From an uncultured Bacilli bacterium (GTDB taxonomy: Bacteria > Bacillota_I > Bacilli_A > RF39 > UBA660), in the NCBI GenBank assembly GCA_947625625.1, contig CANQPC010000002.1, forward strand, positions 2,893 through 66,892: 64,000 bases of DNA, written 5' to 3'. The translations under genes and the position numbers were made by a program. The notes beneath the pieces are model-generated. The model worked only from the letters and a program-made list of their open reading frames with translations. It was not told where the DNA came from and ran no database searches. Below are positions 51,001 through 61,699 of the stretch, piece by piece. Positions within the stretch are counted from its first letter, which is position 1. Each line of letters opens with the position of its first letter.

Positions 51001-52626
51001 TTATAATTTATGTTCTTTATAATAGTCATAATTTCCTAAATACTGTTTAAATTTTTGGTTCTCGATATTAACTATTCTTTCCGCTAGTGTATTTATAAAA
51101 TATCTATCGTGAGAAACAAAAAATAATGTTCCTTGATATTCACAGAGAGCTTCTTCAAGCATTTCTCGCGTATCAATATCAATATGGTTAGTCGGCTCAT
51201 CTAATATTAAAAGATTAGCTTTTTTTTGAATTAATTCAAATAGCTTTAATCTTACTTTTTCTCCTCCCGAGAGACTTCCTACTCTTTTAAATACATTTTC
51301 ACCATAAAATAAAAACTTTGAAAGGGAAGCCCGCAAATAAGTTTCTGTTCCTGTATAAAACTTTCTTGCCGTATCTAATACTGATATTTTTTCATCAGCA
51401 AACTTTATTTCTTGAGGAATATACCCTATTATAACGTTACTTCCTATTTTTATTTCTCCTTTATCGGTATTATTGGATTCTAATACTTTCTTTATAAAAG
51501 TTGATTTTCCAGTACCATTTTTTCCCATCAAACATACTTTTTCGCCATATTTTAGATATAAATTAGCATCATCTAAAAGGGTTCTATTGCCAACTGTAAT
51601 ATTTAAATTATTAACTACTAATACGTCTTTACCAGATCTATTATTAATTTCAAAATCTAAAGGTAATGTTTTTTTAGATTCGGGTCTATCTATTAGTTCC
51701 ATTTTTTCAAGTTTTCTTTCAATACAAGCAGCTCTTCTAAAGAAGATAGGATTATCGCCTCTCTCTCCCCATTCTTTTAATTTTTTTACAGCCATTTTCA
51801 TTGCTTCAATTTGTTTTTGTTGATTTTTATATTCTTCAAATTCAGCAAGTGCTCTTCTTTCACTTTCTTTTAAATAGTATGAATAGTTTCCGTGATAAAT
51901 TTCATCTTTACCTTTATCAATTAAGATAGTTTTCGTAGTTACTCTATCTAAAAAATATCTATCGTGAGAGCTAACTACAATCGTACCTTTATAATTACAT
52001 AAAAACTGTTCTAACCACTCTAGAGTATCAATATCTAAATGATTAGTTGGTTCATCTAATAACAAAATGTCTGGACTACTTATAATTAGTGAAGCTAAAT
52101 TTACGATAGTTTTTTCTCCTCCCGACAAGGCATTGAAACTTCTATTTAACATATCTTCCGATATCTTAAAACCATTGCATATTTTACTTATCTTTTCATC
52201 AATTTCATAGCCACCTAGAGAAGTAAAATTATCTTGCAGTCTACTATATAATTTAAGTATAGAATCTAATTTACTTGAAGATACTGAAGCCATTTTTTCT
52301 TCACATTTTCTAAGTTTCTTTTCTATTTCAAAGATTTCATCAAACGGTTTAAGTAAAATATCTCTAACTACAGTATTATCAGATACTACCAGTGGTATTT
52401 GTGATAGTAAACCTATCGTAGCATTTTTACGAACTGACAATATGCCATTATCTAAACTTTCTTCGCCAGCGATAATTTTAAGTAGCGTTGTTTTTCCCGA
52501 TCCATTAGGACCTATTAACGAAATTTTTTCTCCAGTAGTTACTTCTAAATTGAAACCATCTAATACTCTTTTAAAACCGAAAGTTTTAACAGCATTGTTA
52601 ATACTTATCTCTATCAAAATAATCAC
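51001..52626 (-). CDS. ABC-F family ATPase (two ABC domains, no TM domain)
   Basis: Two Walker A motifs (GPNGSGKTT, GKNGTGKST), two signatures (LSGGEK twice), two Walker B motifs (LLLDEPTNHLD, LILDEPTNHID), and a charged inter-domain linker. Confidence 0.9.
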   Translation of the reverse strand: MIILIEISINNAVKTFGFKRVLDGFNLEVTTGEKISLIGPNGSGKTTLLKIIAGEESLDNGILSVRKNATIGLLSQIPLVVSDNTVVRDILLKPFDEIFEIEKKLRKCEEKMASVSSSKLDSILKLYSRLQDNFTSLGGYEIDEKISKICNGFKISEDMLNRSFNALSGGEKTIVNLASLIISSPDILLLDEPTNHLDIDTLEWLEQFLCNYKGTIVVSSHDRYFLDRVTTKTILIDKGKDEIYHGNYSYYLKESERRALAEFEEYKNQQKQIEAMKMAVKKLKEWGERGDNPIFFRRAACIERKLEKMELIDRPESKKTLPLDFEINNRSGKDVLVVNNLNITVGNRTLLDDANLYLKYGEKVCLMGKNGTGKSTFIKKVLESNNTDKGEIKIGSNVIIGYIPQEIKFADEKISVLDTARKFYTGTETYLRASLSKFLFYGENVFKRVGSLSGGEKVRLKLFELIQKKANLLILDEPTNHIDIDTREMLEEALCEYQGTLFFVSHDRYFINTLAERIVNIENQKFKQYLGNYDYYKEHKL

Positions 52627-52657
52627 CTCAATTCTTTGATATATCTTTTTTATTTAA

Positions 52658-53140
52658 TTATATTTTTTTTATATCTCTATACATTCGGGCATGATAACCA
52701 TTTTTATCATAAAATTTAATAGCATTATCATTGTATGCAAAGACATCCACCATTACATACTCACAGCCGACTAATTTAAAATATTCTTCCATCTTTTTCA
52801 TAAGTAAATTACCTATACCATTATTTCTTATTTTTTTAGTAACTACTAGTTCGATTATTTCTCCATGTTTAGGACATTTATAATCCAAGTAATCATATTC
52901 ATCATAGGGAAATATACATCCCATAATTAGTCCTACTGCCTTTTTATTTTGAACTGCTATATAGCACTTTCCATTGTTATTCTTAACTTCTTCTAAATCT
53001 AAAAGAGCCATTTTTTCTCGATATTCAGAATGAACTTGGTCTAAATTATCTTTATCTATCGATACAAGATATTCTTCTAGTTCCACTAATAAATCTCTTA
53101 CATCTTCTAAATACTTTTTTTCATATTCTATTATTTCCAT
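52658..53140 (-). CDS. GNAT-family N-acetyltransferase
   Basis: The likely start is MEIIEYEKKYLEDV after GAAAGGA; the track ORF extends to 53344. The acetyl-CoA motif is IRNNGIGNLLMKKME. Confidence 0.75.
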   Translation of the reverse strand: MEIIEYEKKYLEDVRDLLVELEEYLVSIDKDNLDQVHSEYREKMALLDLEEVKNNNGKCYIAVQNKKAVGLIMGCIFPYDEYDYLDYKCPKHGEIIELVVTKKIRNNGIGNLLMKKMEEYFKLVGCEYVMVDVFAYNDNAIKFYDKNGYHARMYRDIKKI

Positions 53141-53382
53141 CACAATTATCCTTTCTAAATTAACGTTATCACTATTCATGCTATAAAAAAAGATTCTGCT
53201 TATGCAGAACCAATATAATTTAAAACTTTTTAAATACCAAGGGTCATAGGAATAGTGACTAAATCTGCATAACTTATATTTTTTAAATTTTTCATCATTA
53301 ATCACACTCCTTTCCTTAAATAATTTACAATAAAAATATATCATAAAATTATTACTTTGTAAATAAAATATTATAATTACAA

Positions 53383-54372
53383 CTAATATCTTCCAAAACC
53401 AACCTTTTTAAATACTTCTTCTAATTTTTCTTTTGCTATTTTAGATGTTACTTCACTACCACGATTTAATATTTCATCTATTTCTTCACTATCAATAATC
53501 TTATTATATTTTTCCTGAATATCTAGTAATACTTCTGTAACAACATCCGCTACTTCTTTCTTTAAATTACCATAATTATAATCTTTAAAGTGTTCTTCGG
53601 CCTTCGCAATTGAAATATTTTTTAGCGAAGCATATATTGTCAGTAAATTAGATATACCAGGTTTATTTTGAACGTCATAATATACTTTTCCTTCACTATC
53701 AGTAACCGCCGACATTATTTTTTTGCGAATGTTTTTTTCATCATCAAGTAAAAATATTATTCCTTTATGGTTTTCTGAACTCTTACTCATTTTATTAGTA
53801 GGATTTTGTAAATCCATTATTTTAAAGCCGACATTACGAATTAAGGGTTCAGGAATTTTAAATACTTCGCCATACAATTTATTAAATCTAATGGCGACAT
53901 CTCTTGCAAGTTCGACATGCTGTTTTTGGTCTATGCCAACTGGTACATAATCGGCATCATACAAAAGAATATCTGCAGCCATAAGAATCGGATAAGTAAA
54001 AAGACCCACAGTTACATTATCTTGTTTTTTAGATTTTTCTTTAAACTGGGTCATTCGCGAAGCTTCACCCATATAAGTATTACATTCTAAAACCCAAGAT
54101 AAATTAGCATGATATAAATTTTCTGACTGAATATATATCGTATTTTTTTTAGGATCGACACCACATGCTAAATATAGAGCGACATTCTTTCTAATCCTTT
54201 CTTTTAGTAAAATAGGATCTTGTCTTACTGTAATTGCATGCATATCTGGTACAAAAATAAATGAATCATATTCATCTTGGAGCTTAACTGTCTGACTAAT
54301 ACCACCAATTAAACTGCCGAGTGTAAGCTCACCACTAGGCTGTAATCCTGTCAATATTCTCTTCATAATCAA
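53383..54372 (-). CDS. trpS: Tryptophan--tRNA ligase
   Basis: TGLQPSGELTLGSLIG (TIGN-type HIGH region) and KMSKS, about 329 aa. Confidence 0.9.
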   Translation of the reverse strand: MIMKRILTGLQPSGELTLGSLIGGISQTVKLQDEYDSFIFVPDMHAITVRQDPILLKERIRKNVALYLACGVDPKKNTIYIQSENLYHANLSWVLECNTYMGEASRMTQFKEKSKKQDNVTVGLFTYPILMAADILLYDADYVPVGIDQKQHVELARDVAIRFNKLYGEVFKIPEPLIRNVGFKIMDLQNPTNKMSKSSENHKGIIFLLDDEKNIRKKIMSAVTDSEGKVYYDVQNKPGISNLLTIYASLKNISIAKAEEHFKDYNYGNLKKEVADVVTEVLLDIQEKYNKIIDSEEIDEILNRGSEVTSKIAKEKLEEVFKKVGFGRY

Positions 54373-54468
54373 CCTTCTCTCGTTACAATTATATATTAAA
54401 TAATCACTTTTTTCAAGGTATCTTTACATAATAGACATATTTTGTTATAATGAACTGGTGAGGTCAAA

Positions 54469-55173
54469 ATGGAAAAAGTGTTATTTTATTTTTTACTTTT
54501 TATAATATATTCATTTGCAGGTTGGTTAATCGAAATAACGGTAGTGAGAATTAAAGATAAAAAGTTTGTAAATCGAGGATTTTTAATTGGACCATACTGT
54601 CCTATCTACGGATGCGCTTCTATTATCATGATATTATACTTAAGTCATTATAAAGACAACATACTAAATGTCTTTCTACTAGCGGTCTGTATCTGTACTT
54701 TTATCGAATATATTATAAGTTATCTAATGGAAAAATTATTTGGAGCTAGATGGTGGGATTACTCAAATAGAAAGTTCAATATCAATGGAAGAGTTTGTCT
54801 TTCCAATGCTTTTGCTTTTGGTTTTCTTGGCGTCCTTCTCATATATTTAGTTAATCCTTTTCTTACTAAAATAATCAGTATGATAGATGTTAAAATAATT
54901 AATATTATCAGTATTATTCTCTTAATTATCTTTATTATAGATTTTGTTATCTCGTTTAATCTTTCGTGCAAAATAAAAAATACAATTCATAAAATAAGGA
55001 AAGATAGTACTGAAGAAATTAATCAAAAGACCAAAGAAATAATCGAAAATAAAGTATTAAATCGTAGAATATTTAAAGCATTTCCTAATTTAAAACTAAA
55101 TCTTATCAAGAAAAAAATAATAGATACTAAAAATAATATCGAAAAGAAAATTGAAAAAAGGAGAAAGAACTAA
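54469..55173 (+). CDS. Polytopic membrane protein (putative ABC-transporter type IV / PF06541-like)
   Basis: YSFAGWLIEITV...NRGFLIGPYCPIYG is the N-terminal pattern I associate with this family. Basic C-terminal tail. Confidence 0.5.
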   Translation: MEKVLFYFLLFIIYSFAGWLIEITVVRIKDKKFVNRGFLIGPYCPIYGCASIIMILYLSHYKDNILNVFLLAVCICTFIEYIISYLMEKLFGARWWDYSNRKFNINGRVCLSNAFAFGFLGVLLIYLVNPFLTKIISMIDVKIINIISIILLIIFIIDFVISFNLSCKIKNTIHKIRKDSTEEINQKTKEIIENKVLNRRIFKAFPNLKLNLIKKKIIDTKNNIEKKIEKRRKN

Positions 55174-56711
55174 GCTTCTCCTTTTTGTTTATTTAATTTT
55201 CTTTTTATCAACTTGGTTATTCTATCAAATAGTCTCCTCGAAGAAGGACTTACAAAATATAATACTATAGTTGTCAAAATAGTAACAATCAAAAATACTA
55301 TTCCAAGTTTAAGTACCGTCGTTATAAATCCACTAGATATACTTAAAAAGTAGCTTTCGATAGGACTTAAAATAACGGCGAGAAAGACAAATATGATAGT
55401 TGAAAGAAAATAATATTTCAAAATAGAAAATAATTTAATATCTTTAAGTATTTTTTTCGATACCGAATTAGATTTAAGAAGAATATTGACAAAGAATGAT
55501 ATTACTGTACCTAAAAGAATGCCATCAATTCCAAAGAAATTAATCAAAATTATCGAAAGTACTAAGTTAATAACCGAACATATAAAGATATGATGTTTAT
55601 TATCTTTAAATAGTCCGTCAGCATTAATAAGAGCCACTAGCGGATAATACAAGATATTCATAAATAGAGTTGCGGTAAATAAAACTACTGTCAAATAATT
55701 AAGAATATAATTTTCTTTTTCGACCCATACTGATACAAATCCTCTAATGCCAATCATAAATGTTATACACATTGAAAAAGAAATGAGAATGAAGAGCATT
55801 AAAAACTCTTTAAATAGAGAGTATACTTTTTCATCTTCCTTTTTAGCAAAAACATTACCAAAAGAATAGACTGAAGACATCTCCACCCGCGAAGCTATTT
55901 CATTTAAAAATCTTAAAATATAATTATAAGTAGTATAAATACTTACCATTACAGGACCGCTGAAACCCATTAATAAAAGGGCATCAATATTATTTAATAC
56001 TAAATAACCAACTTGAGTCCAAGCAAGGTCTTTAGTCATCTTAACCATCGAAGTATCTTTTCTAGCAGTCTCGTGTAAGTAAGGATATTTCTTTTGAACG
56101 ACGATTCTATTAATTATTTCCTCCAAGATTTTCATAAACAAGATAACTATAGCTATCGCTTCTAAACTTCTAAATTTATAGGTAACAACTACTATTAAAA
56201 TATCACATAAAAGTTTGACACCATTGAAGACAAGTGAATAAATATACTTTTCTTGAGCGGCCGACAAAACCGACATATATGTCTGCCCTCTTCCAAAATA
56301 AGATATCAAATATGATGTCGAAATAACAAAGAAACATATAAGAGCGGCACTTTGATATCCATCTTCAAAATGATAGAATAAATATAGTCCTAAAGTTACT
56401 AAACAGATTATTCCAAATATGATAAGACCGATAATTTTAAATACTTTTCTAGCACCGCTATAAATGGCATTAATGTCATCTTTATTTTTATTAGCAAATG
56501 GTTTATATAAACTATATATTACTGCATCAGAAAAACCTGCTTGTGCTAAGAAAACATACGATATAATTTGATTAATTGTCTGATAGTAGCCATTACCAAC
56601 ATCTCCAACATAGGTAATTAAAACATCCATTTTAATTATTCCAATGATTCCTATTAATAGATAAGGTAAAATATCACACAACATATTTAAAAATATTTTC
56701 TTTGTTCGCAT
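55170..56711 (-). CDS. MOP-superfamily polysaccharide/lipid flippase-like membrane protein
   Basis: 513 aa with about 14 hydrophobic helices and a basic C-terminal tail. Called on topology only. Confidence 0.5.
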   Translation of the reverse strand: MRTKKIFLNMLCDILPYLLIGIIGIIKMDVLITYVGDVGNGYYQTINQIISYVFLAQAGFSDAVIYSLYKPFANKNKDDINAIYSGARKVFKIIGLIIFGIICLVTLGLYLFYHFEDGYQSAALICFFVISTSYLISYFGRGQTYMSVLSAAQEKYIYSLVFNGVKLLCDILIVVVTYKFRSLEAIAIVILFMKILEEIINRIVVQKKYPYLHETARKDTSMVKMTKDLAWTQVGYLVLNNIDALLLMGFSGPVMVSIYTTYNYILRFLNEIASRVEMSSVYSFGNVFAKKEDEKVYSLFKEFLMLFILISFSMCITFMIGIRGFVSVWVEKENYILNYLTVVLFTATLFMNILYYPLVALINADGLFKDNKHHIFICSVINLVLSIILINFFGIDGILLGTVISFFVNILLKSNSVSKKILKDIKLFSILKYYFLSTIIFVFLAVILSPIESYFLSISSGFITTVLKLGIVFLIVTILTTIVLYFVSPSSRRLFDRITKLIKRKLNKQKGEA

Positions 56712-56766
56712 ATAACACTTCCTATAAAAATATCATACCATATTTTCTTAATTATATAAAGAAAAA

Positions 56767-56949
56767 TTATTTCTTTTCTTCGGTATACATTATTAATGCT
56801 GTAAAGCAATAAATTTGTTCTTCCCCATACATAGTACAGGAACTAGCAAACTTAATATCGATAATATCGACATTATTCTCTTTAATAAATTTATTTATTT
56901 CATTTTCTAAATCTTTTTCATGACTTTCATCAATTATTTTAACTTTCAA
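56767..56949 (-). CDS. Sporulation protein Cse60-like
   Basis: 60 aa. MKVKIIDESHEKDLENEINKFIKENNVDIIDIKF...EQIYCFTALIMY resembles my recollection of the Bacillus Cse60/YteV pattern. Confidence 0.5.
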   Translation of the reverse strand: MKVKIIDESHEKDLENEINKFIKENNVDIIDIKFASSCTMYGEEQIYCFTALIMYTEEKK

Positions 56950-57004
56950 ATAATATCACCAAAAAAAGTATACCTCATAAAAAGGATACTTTTTGTCGAA
57001 CTAA

Positions 57005-57469
57005 TTAACCTCTAGCAACTTCATAATAGATTTTATTTTCTAATCCATTTTCAGTTTCATATTCTAAATAAAGTTTAAATTTTGTCTTACTTATATCACT
57101 AGTTGTCTGAATTGTTCCATTTAAAGATATTGAGTAATCTTCATCTTTAAGTAAATTTACTGGTTCATCAAAGATTCCAACACTAGGAAAAATGTCTTCG
57201 GAAACAAAATCATGAATAAGTAGGGCTTTAATATTATACATATCTACTTTGGGATTATCAATTTTTAAACTATAATTTACTTTTTCATCATTTTCTCTAA
57301 TTATATTAAAGAAAGTATTAAAATCTAATTCCTCTTCGGTATCAAATTCTTCTTGTTTTTGTAAATCACTTTTATATGTTAAATATTCATCTTTTTCAAC
57401 TTCTAATTTATTAGTACAACCTGCCGCTAGGAAAAGAGAAATTAAAAGTATTACTCCTATTTTTTTCAT
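57005..57469 (-). CDS. Lipoprotein, function unknown
   Basis: Lipobox LAAGC. Overlaps the enolase stop by 4 nt. Confidence 0.6.
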   Translation of the reverse strand: MKKIGVILLISLFLAAGCTNKLEVEKDEYLTYKSDLQKQEEFDTEEELDFNTFFNIIRENDEKVNYSLKIDNPKVDMYNIKALLIHDFVSEDIFPSVGIFDEPVNLLKDEDYSISLNGTIQTTSDISKTKFKLYLEYETENGLENKIYYEVARG

Positions 57470-58686
57470 TTTATTTGTTCCTCTATTCGAAGCAATCTAT
57501 TATATTTAGCGGTCCTTTCTCCCCTAGACAAAGATCCGGTCTTTATTTGACCTAAATTAAGTCCAACAGCCATATCGGCAATATAATTATCTTCAGTCTC
57601 TCCGCTACGATGAGAAATAATTGTCTTATACCCATTTTCTTTGGCAAGATTTATCGTATCTAAAGTTTCACTTACTGTTCCAATTTGATTTACCTTAAGA
57701 AGGATTGCATTAGCTATTCCCATCTTGATTCCTTTCTGTAATAAATCTTTATTTGTGACAAATAAGTCATCACCAACTAACTGAATATTAGAAAGTCTCT
57801 CGGTAAGTTTTTTCCATCCTTCATAGTCTTCTTCGGCGAGACCATCTTCAATCGAAATAATATGATATTTAGGAACTATCTCTTCATAGTAATCGATAAG
57901 TTCATCACTTGTATATTCTTTGCCTTCTAACTTATATATACCGTTATCGTAAAATTCCGAAGCTGCTACATCGAGAGCTATATATACGTCTTTTCCTAGC
58001 TCGTAGCCGCTAGCGGAAATAGCCTCCCTAATTATATTAAGTGCTTCTGTCGCATCAGAAACATCCGGAGCAAATCCGCCTTCATCTCCTACACCGCACT
58101 GTAGTCCTCTCTCTTTTAAAACTTTCTTCAAAGAGTTAAATATTTCCGAACCCATACGTAAATTTTCTTTAAATTCCTCTTTACTAGGTACAATCATAAA
58201 TTCTTGAAAAGCAAGTTTATTATCAGCGTGAGCTCCGCCATTTAAAATATTCATCATACATCTAGGCATTGAATATTCACTACCTAAGTATGCAAATAAT
58301 TCTTTCTTTTCATACATAGATGCTGCTTTTAAATTGGCAAGTGATACTCCAAGTATGGCATTAGCACCTAAATTACTTTTATTATAAGTACCATCTAATT
58401 TTAACATTGCTTCGTCAATTTCTCTCTGCTTTAAACAGTCCATTCCTACTAAAGCTTTAGCAATAATATTATTAACATTATTTACAGCTTTTAATACTCC
58501 TTTACCATGATATCTATTTTCATCATTATCACGAAGTTCCCAAGCTTCATACTTACCAGTCGAAGCACCGCTGGGTACAGAAGCTGTTGCTTTTATTCCA
58601 CATTCCAAAGTAACATCTACTTCAACAGTAGGATTACTTCGCGAATCTAATATTTCTCTAGCAAATATACTCTTAATCTTACTCAT
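57466..58686 (-). CDS. eno: Enolase
   Basis: [29 protein letters not shown] and [10 protein letters not shown]. The start is taken at the ATG after GGAGGA; the track ORF begins 4 codons upstream. Confidence 0.95.
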   Translation of the reverse strand: MSKIKSIFAREILDSRSNPTVEVDVTLECGIKATASVPSGASTGKYEAWELRDNDENRYHGKGVLKAVNNVNNIIAKALVGMDCLKQREIDEAMLKLDGTYNKSNLGANAILGVSLANLKAASMYEKKELFAYLGSEYSMPRCMMNILNGGAHADNKLAFQEFMIVPSKEEFKENLRMGSEIFNSLKKVLKERGLQCGVGDEGGFAPDVSDATEALNIIREAISASGYELGKDVYIALDVAASEFYDNGIYKLEGKEYTSDELIDYYEEIVPKYHIISIEDGLAEEDYEGWKKLTERLSNIQLVGDDLFVTNKDLLQKGIKMGIANAILLKVNQIGTVSETLDTINLAKENGYKTIISHRSGETEDNYIADMAVGLNLGQIKTGSLSRGERTAKYNRLLRIEEQIK

Positions 58687-58737
58687 ATAATCCTCCATCT
58701 ATTTTAATTATAAAACACTAAAATAAAAAAATCAACC

Positions 58738-59481
58738 TCACGATTGATTTCTCTTAAAAAGATATCTTGCTTTTTTCTTTCCTTTTATTTCATCTTTCCT
58801 ACCAGTCGAAGCTGTTACATTAGTTGATACCAGAGGAATATTAATTCCCAATCTTATTATTTTATCTAATCTTTCTTGATTTTCATTAAGACGAGAAAGA
58901 TTAGAAAGATTTGGATTATTAATATATTCCGCCGCTAACTTCTTAAAATTTTTTAATTCATCCACCGCTACATTATTTAGTAAACAATCTATTTCTACTG
59001 GAGTAACTACTCTTTTCTTCATAATACTTTTAATATATTTTTCATCTATTAAAGGATCTGCTATATCAACTATTCTTTTCTGAACATACTCACTATCTTG
59101 ATTATATACAAAATCAAATAACTCCTTCGTAATTCTTTCATTTTGAAATAACCTAATCAAATTATTTCTTGCCATTTTATTCTTATCATCAAAAATTTTT
59201 TGAACATAATAATCAGCATCTTTTATATTTTTAGATTTTATTACCTCTAATACTTTTAGAAGACCGAAAGAAGCTCCATAATCACTAGCATTTTTGACAA
59301 GAAAATCGAGAAAAAACTTCTTATCTATCTCAAGCTCACTACCTAAAATCAATATTAGAGCTTCATTAGCGGGTGCAGTCATCATATTTTGATTAAGAAG
59401 TTCATCTAAATACTCTTTATTCAAACATAATTTGTTTTCTGCTAAAGAATTTATTAAAAATTTAAACGAATTATATTCCAT
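58738..59481 (-). CDS. Hypothetical helical protein
   Basis: The likely start is MEYNSFKFLINS; the track ORF extends to 59574. No family recognised. Confidence 0.45.
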   Translation of the reverse strand: MEYNSFKFLINSLAENKLCLNKEYLDELLNQNMMTAPANEALILILGSELEIDKKFFLDFLVKNASDYGASFGLLKVLEVIKSKNIKDADYYVQKIFDDKNKMARNNLIRLFQNERITKELFDFVYNQDSEYVQKRIVDIADPLIDEKYIKSIMKKRVVTPVEIDCLLNNVAVDELKNFKKLAAEYINNPNLSNLSRLNENQERLDKIIRLGINIPLVSTNVTASTGRKDEIKGKKKARYLFKRNQS

Positions 59482-59604
59482 AAAAATCACCACAAAAAAT
59501 ATTTTATCATAAAATAAACATTTTTTATAGTAAAATTTATTTTTTATAATATAAATCTTACTTCTTTCATTCAAGAAATAAGATTTATTGCATATTATTT
59601 TACT

Positions 59605-60525
59605 TTATCCCATTATTTGACCGCCATTATTATGAATAACTTGACCTGTCATATAACTAGAATCATCACTTGCTAAAAAAACAAATGTTGAAGCAAGTTC
59701 ATATGGCATAGCCCCTCTTGCCATTGCTGCATCGGCTCCAAGTGATGGGATCTTTTCTTTTACCCAACAAGCTGGTTGTAGCGGCGTCCAAAAAAATCCC
59801 GGTGCAATAGCATTAACTCGAATATTTTTTAAAGCTAGATTTCTTGCTAAAGCTCTTGTAAAACCAACTATTGCTCCTTTAGTAGTTACATAATCGATAA
59901 GTTGAGGATCCCCATAGAAAGCTGTAACTGATGATAAATTAATAATTGATGCTCCTGATTTCAAATAAGGTAAAACCTCTTTTGTTAAATAAAACATTCC
60001 ATAGACGTTAACTTTCATAGTCCAATCAAATTGCTCATCACTTATACTGTTTAATTCATCCTGCTGATATTGTACTCCAGCATTGTTTACAAGTATATCT
60101 ATTTTCCCAAATTTATCTAATGTCTTTTTTACAATTTCCTGACAAAAACATTTATCTGTAATATCACCACTTAAAAGTAAACATTCTCCCCCTAACCTTT
60201 CGATATAAGATTTAGTTTCTTCGGCATCTCGATGCTCATTATAATAAGGTATTACAACCTTAGCCCCCTCTTTAGTAAAAGCAACCGCTGCCGCTCTTCC
60301 AAGTCCACTATCTCCTCCAGTAATTATAGCTACTTTATCTTTTAATTTACCACTTCCAATATAATTAGGATTATCAAATATTGGTCTCGGATTCATCAAA
60401 TATTCCATTCCTGGTTGAACGTTTTGTGACTGCTCGGGAGCCATTATCTCGTATTCTCTACTTTTAATTCCCATTGGATAATAGTAGTTATAATAATCAT
60501 TCCCATAATTATAATCGTAATTCAT
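59605..60525 (-). CDS. SDR-family oxidoreductase (YhdF/YdaD general-stress-protein-like)
   Basis: ITGGDSGLGRAAA, NNAG, Y-x3-K (YVTTKGAI), and the family-typical pre-Rossmann segment QPGMEYLMNPRPIFDNPNYIGSGKL. Confidence 0.85.
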   Translation of the reverse strand: MNYDYNYGNDYYNYYYPMGIKSREYEIMAPEQSQNVQPGMEYLMNPRPIFDNPNYIGSGKLKDKVAIITGGDSGLGRAAAVAFTKEGAKVVIPYYNEHRDAEETKSYIERLGGECLLLSGDITDKCFCQEIVKKTLDKFGKIDILVNNAGVQYQQDELNSISDEQFDWTMKVNVYGMFYLTKEVLPYLKSGASIINLSSVTAFYGDPQLIDYVTTKGAIVGFTRALARNLALKNIRVNAIAPGFFWTPLQPACWVKEKIPSLGADAAMARGAMPYELASTFVFLASDDSSYMTGQVIHNNGGQIMG

Positions 60526-60652
60526 ATTTCCCCCTCATGTATATTATATTATTAAATATAAAAGAAGTTCTAAATTAGTTTAATGCTCTATTTTCATTTT
60601 TATATTAAACATAAAATATAAAGGAAAAACTTTAATAGAAAGAAGGAAAGAA

Positions 60653-61009
60653 ATGGAAAATATATCGTTAGGTCAAATAGCTACCGCTATTACATTTATT
60701 GGTATTTTTATTGGAGCTATAACTGGATTAATAACATTTATTAAGAAAACTATCTCTAAAATATTTAAACCGATCGATCAAAAAATAGAACGTATTGAAG
60801 TAGCATCAACTCAAAGTCGTAATAATATTGAACTTGAATTAATAAAAATGATTCTCGTAAATTTTATTAATGATATCGAGCAAGGAACTACCAAAACTGA
60901 CATTCAAAAAAAGAATGCTTATGAACTATATGATAGATATCAAGTACTTGGAGGTAATTCTTACATTCATGACTGCTGGGAAAAACTAATTAAAGAAGGT
61001 AAGATTTAG
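60653..61009 (+). CDS. Small single-pass membrane protein, function unknown
   Basis: N-terminal TM helix (IATAITFIGIFIGAITGLITFI) plus an 80-aa helical domain, followed by a strong hairpin. Confidence 0.5.
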   Translation: MENISLGQIATAITFIGIFIGAITGLITFIKKTISKIFKPIDQKIERIEVASTQSRNNIELELIKMILVNFINDIEQGTTKTDIQKKNAYELYDRYQVLGGNSYIHDCWEKLIKEGKI

Positions 61010-61055
61010 TCTCGAAGTCAAAATTATCAAACATTAATTATTATATAATAAAAGC

Positions 61056-61081
61056 AAAACTCCTTAATTATAAGGAGTTTT
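61056..61081 (+). terminator. Hairpin terminator after the 60653..61009 gene
   Basis: AAAACTCCTTA-atta-TAAGGAGTTTT. Confidence 0.6.
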
Positions 61082-61268
61082 AAAAATTCTTAATTTAACT
61101 AAATTTAATACTAATCTTTATCAAGTTTATATTAAAACATTTTACGATGTTTCATACTTTAATGGTACGAACGGCGAAATGGTTTACAACTCTTTCGCAT
61201 AAAGACGATTAATTTATATCAATCACTATATAAAGTATACCATATATTTTTTTATTTGAAACAATATT

Positions 61269-61676
61269 TTATAATTTTTCTATTGTTTCTATACCTAATA
61301 TTTTTAATGCACTAGTTATCACCTTTGAAATACAATTTAATAATCTTATTCTTGATGACTTTAAAACAATATCAGTTTCATTTGATATATTAACTTGCTC
61401 ATATAGTTTTGAGAATAATCCTGCGACACTAAATATATATTTTGTTAAATGTGCTGGTTCATTAGATTTTAATAATTCATCAATTACATCAGGATATAAA
61501 GACAATTCCTTTATAATTTTCTTTTCAATATCATTGTTAGATTTAATTCTATCTTCTAATTCTATTTTATTATTCTTTAAAATAGAGTTAATTCTGACTA
61601 AACTATATAAAATATACATACCAGATTCACCTGTAAAACTTGTTGCATTTTCTAAATTAAAATTAACAGGTTTGGT
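61269..61676 (-). pseudogene. argS: 3'-terminal fragment of an arginine--tRNA ligase gene (DALR anticodon-binding domain only)
   Basis: The open frame reads TKPVNFNLENATSFTGESGMYILYSLVRINSILKN...HLTKYIFSVAGLFSKLYEQ...ALKILGIETIEKL. This matches the C-terminal ~135 aa of ArgRS (F.G.SGPY.QY...R..SI; ends LGI....M/L). The frame is closed by TAG at 61677-61679, and no catalytic domain lies upstream. Confidence 0.6.
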
Positions 61677-61680
61677 CTAA

Positions 61681-61695
61681 TTCCACAGTGTGGAA
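61681..61695. repeat. Perfect inverted repeat TTCCACA-g-TGTGGAA at the argS-fragment / KilA-N junction
   Basis: 7-bp arms with a 1-nt spacer, lying exactly between the two decayed genes. Confidence 0.7.
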
Positions 61696-61699
61696 CCAT

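Noticed and set aside
54373-54468. T-box leader upstream of trpS (and similarly upstream of hisS)
   Set aside because: Only about 95 nt are available before the divergent gene, which is too short for a T-box, and I found no specifier or T-box consensus sequence. hisS starts 11 nt after the preceding gene.
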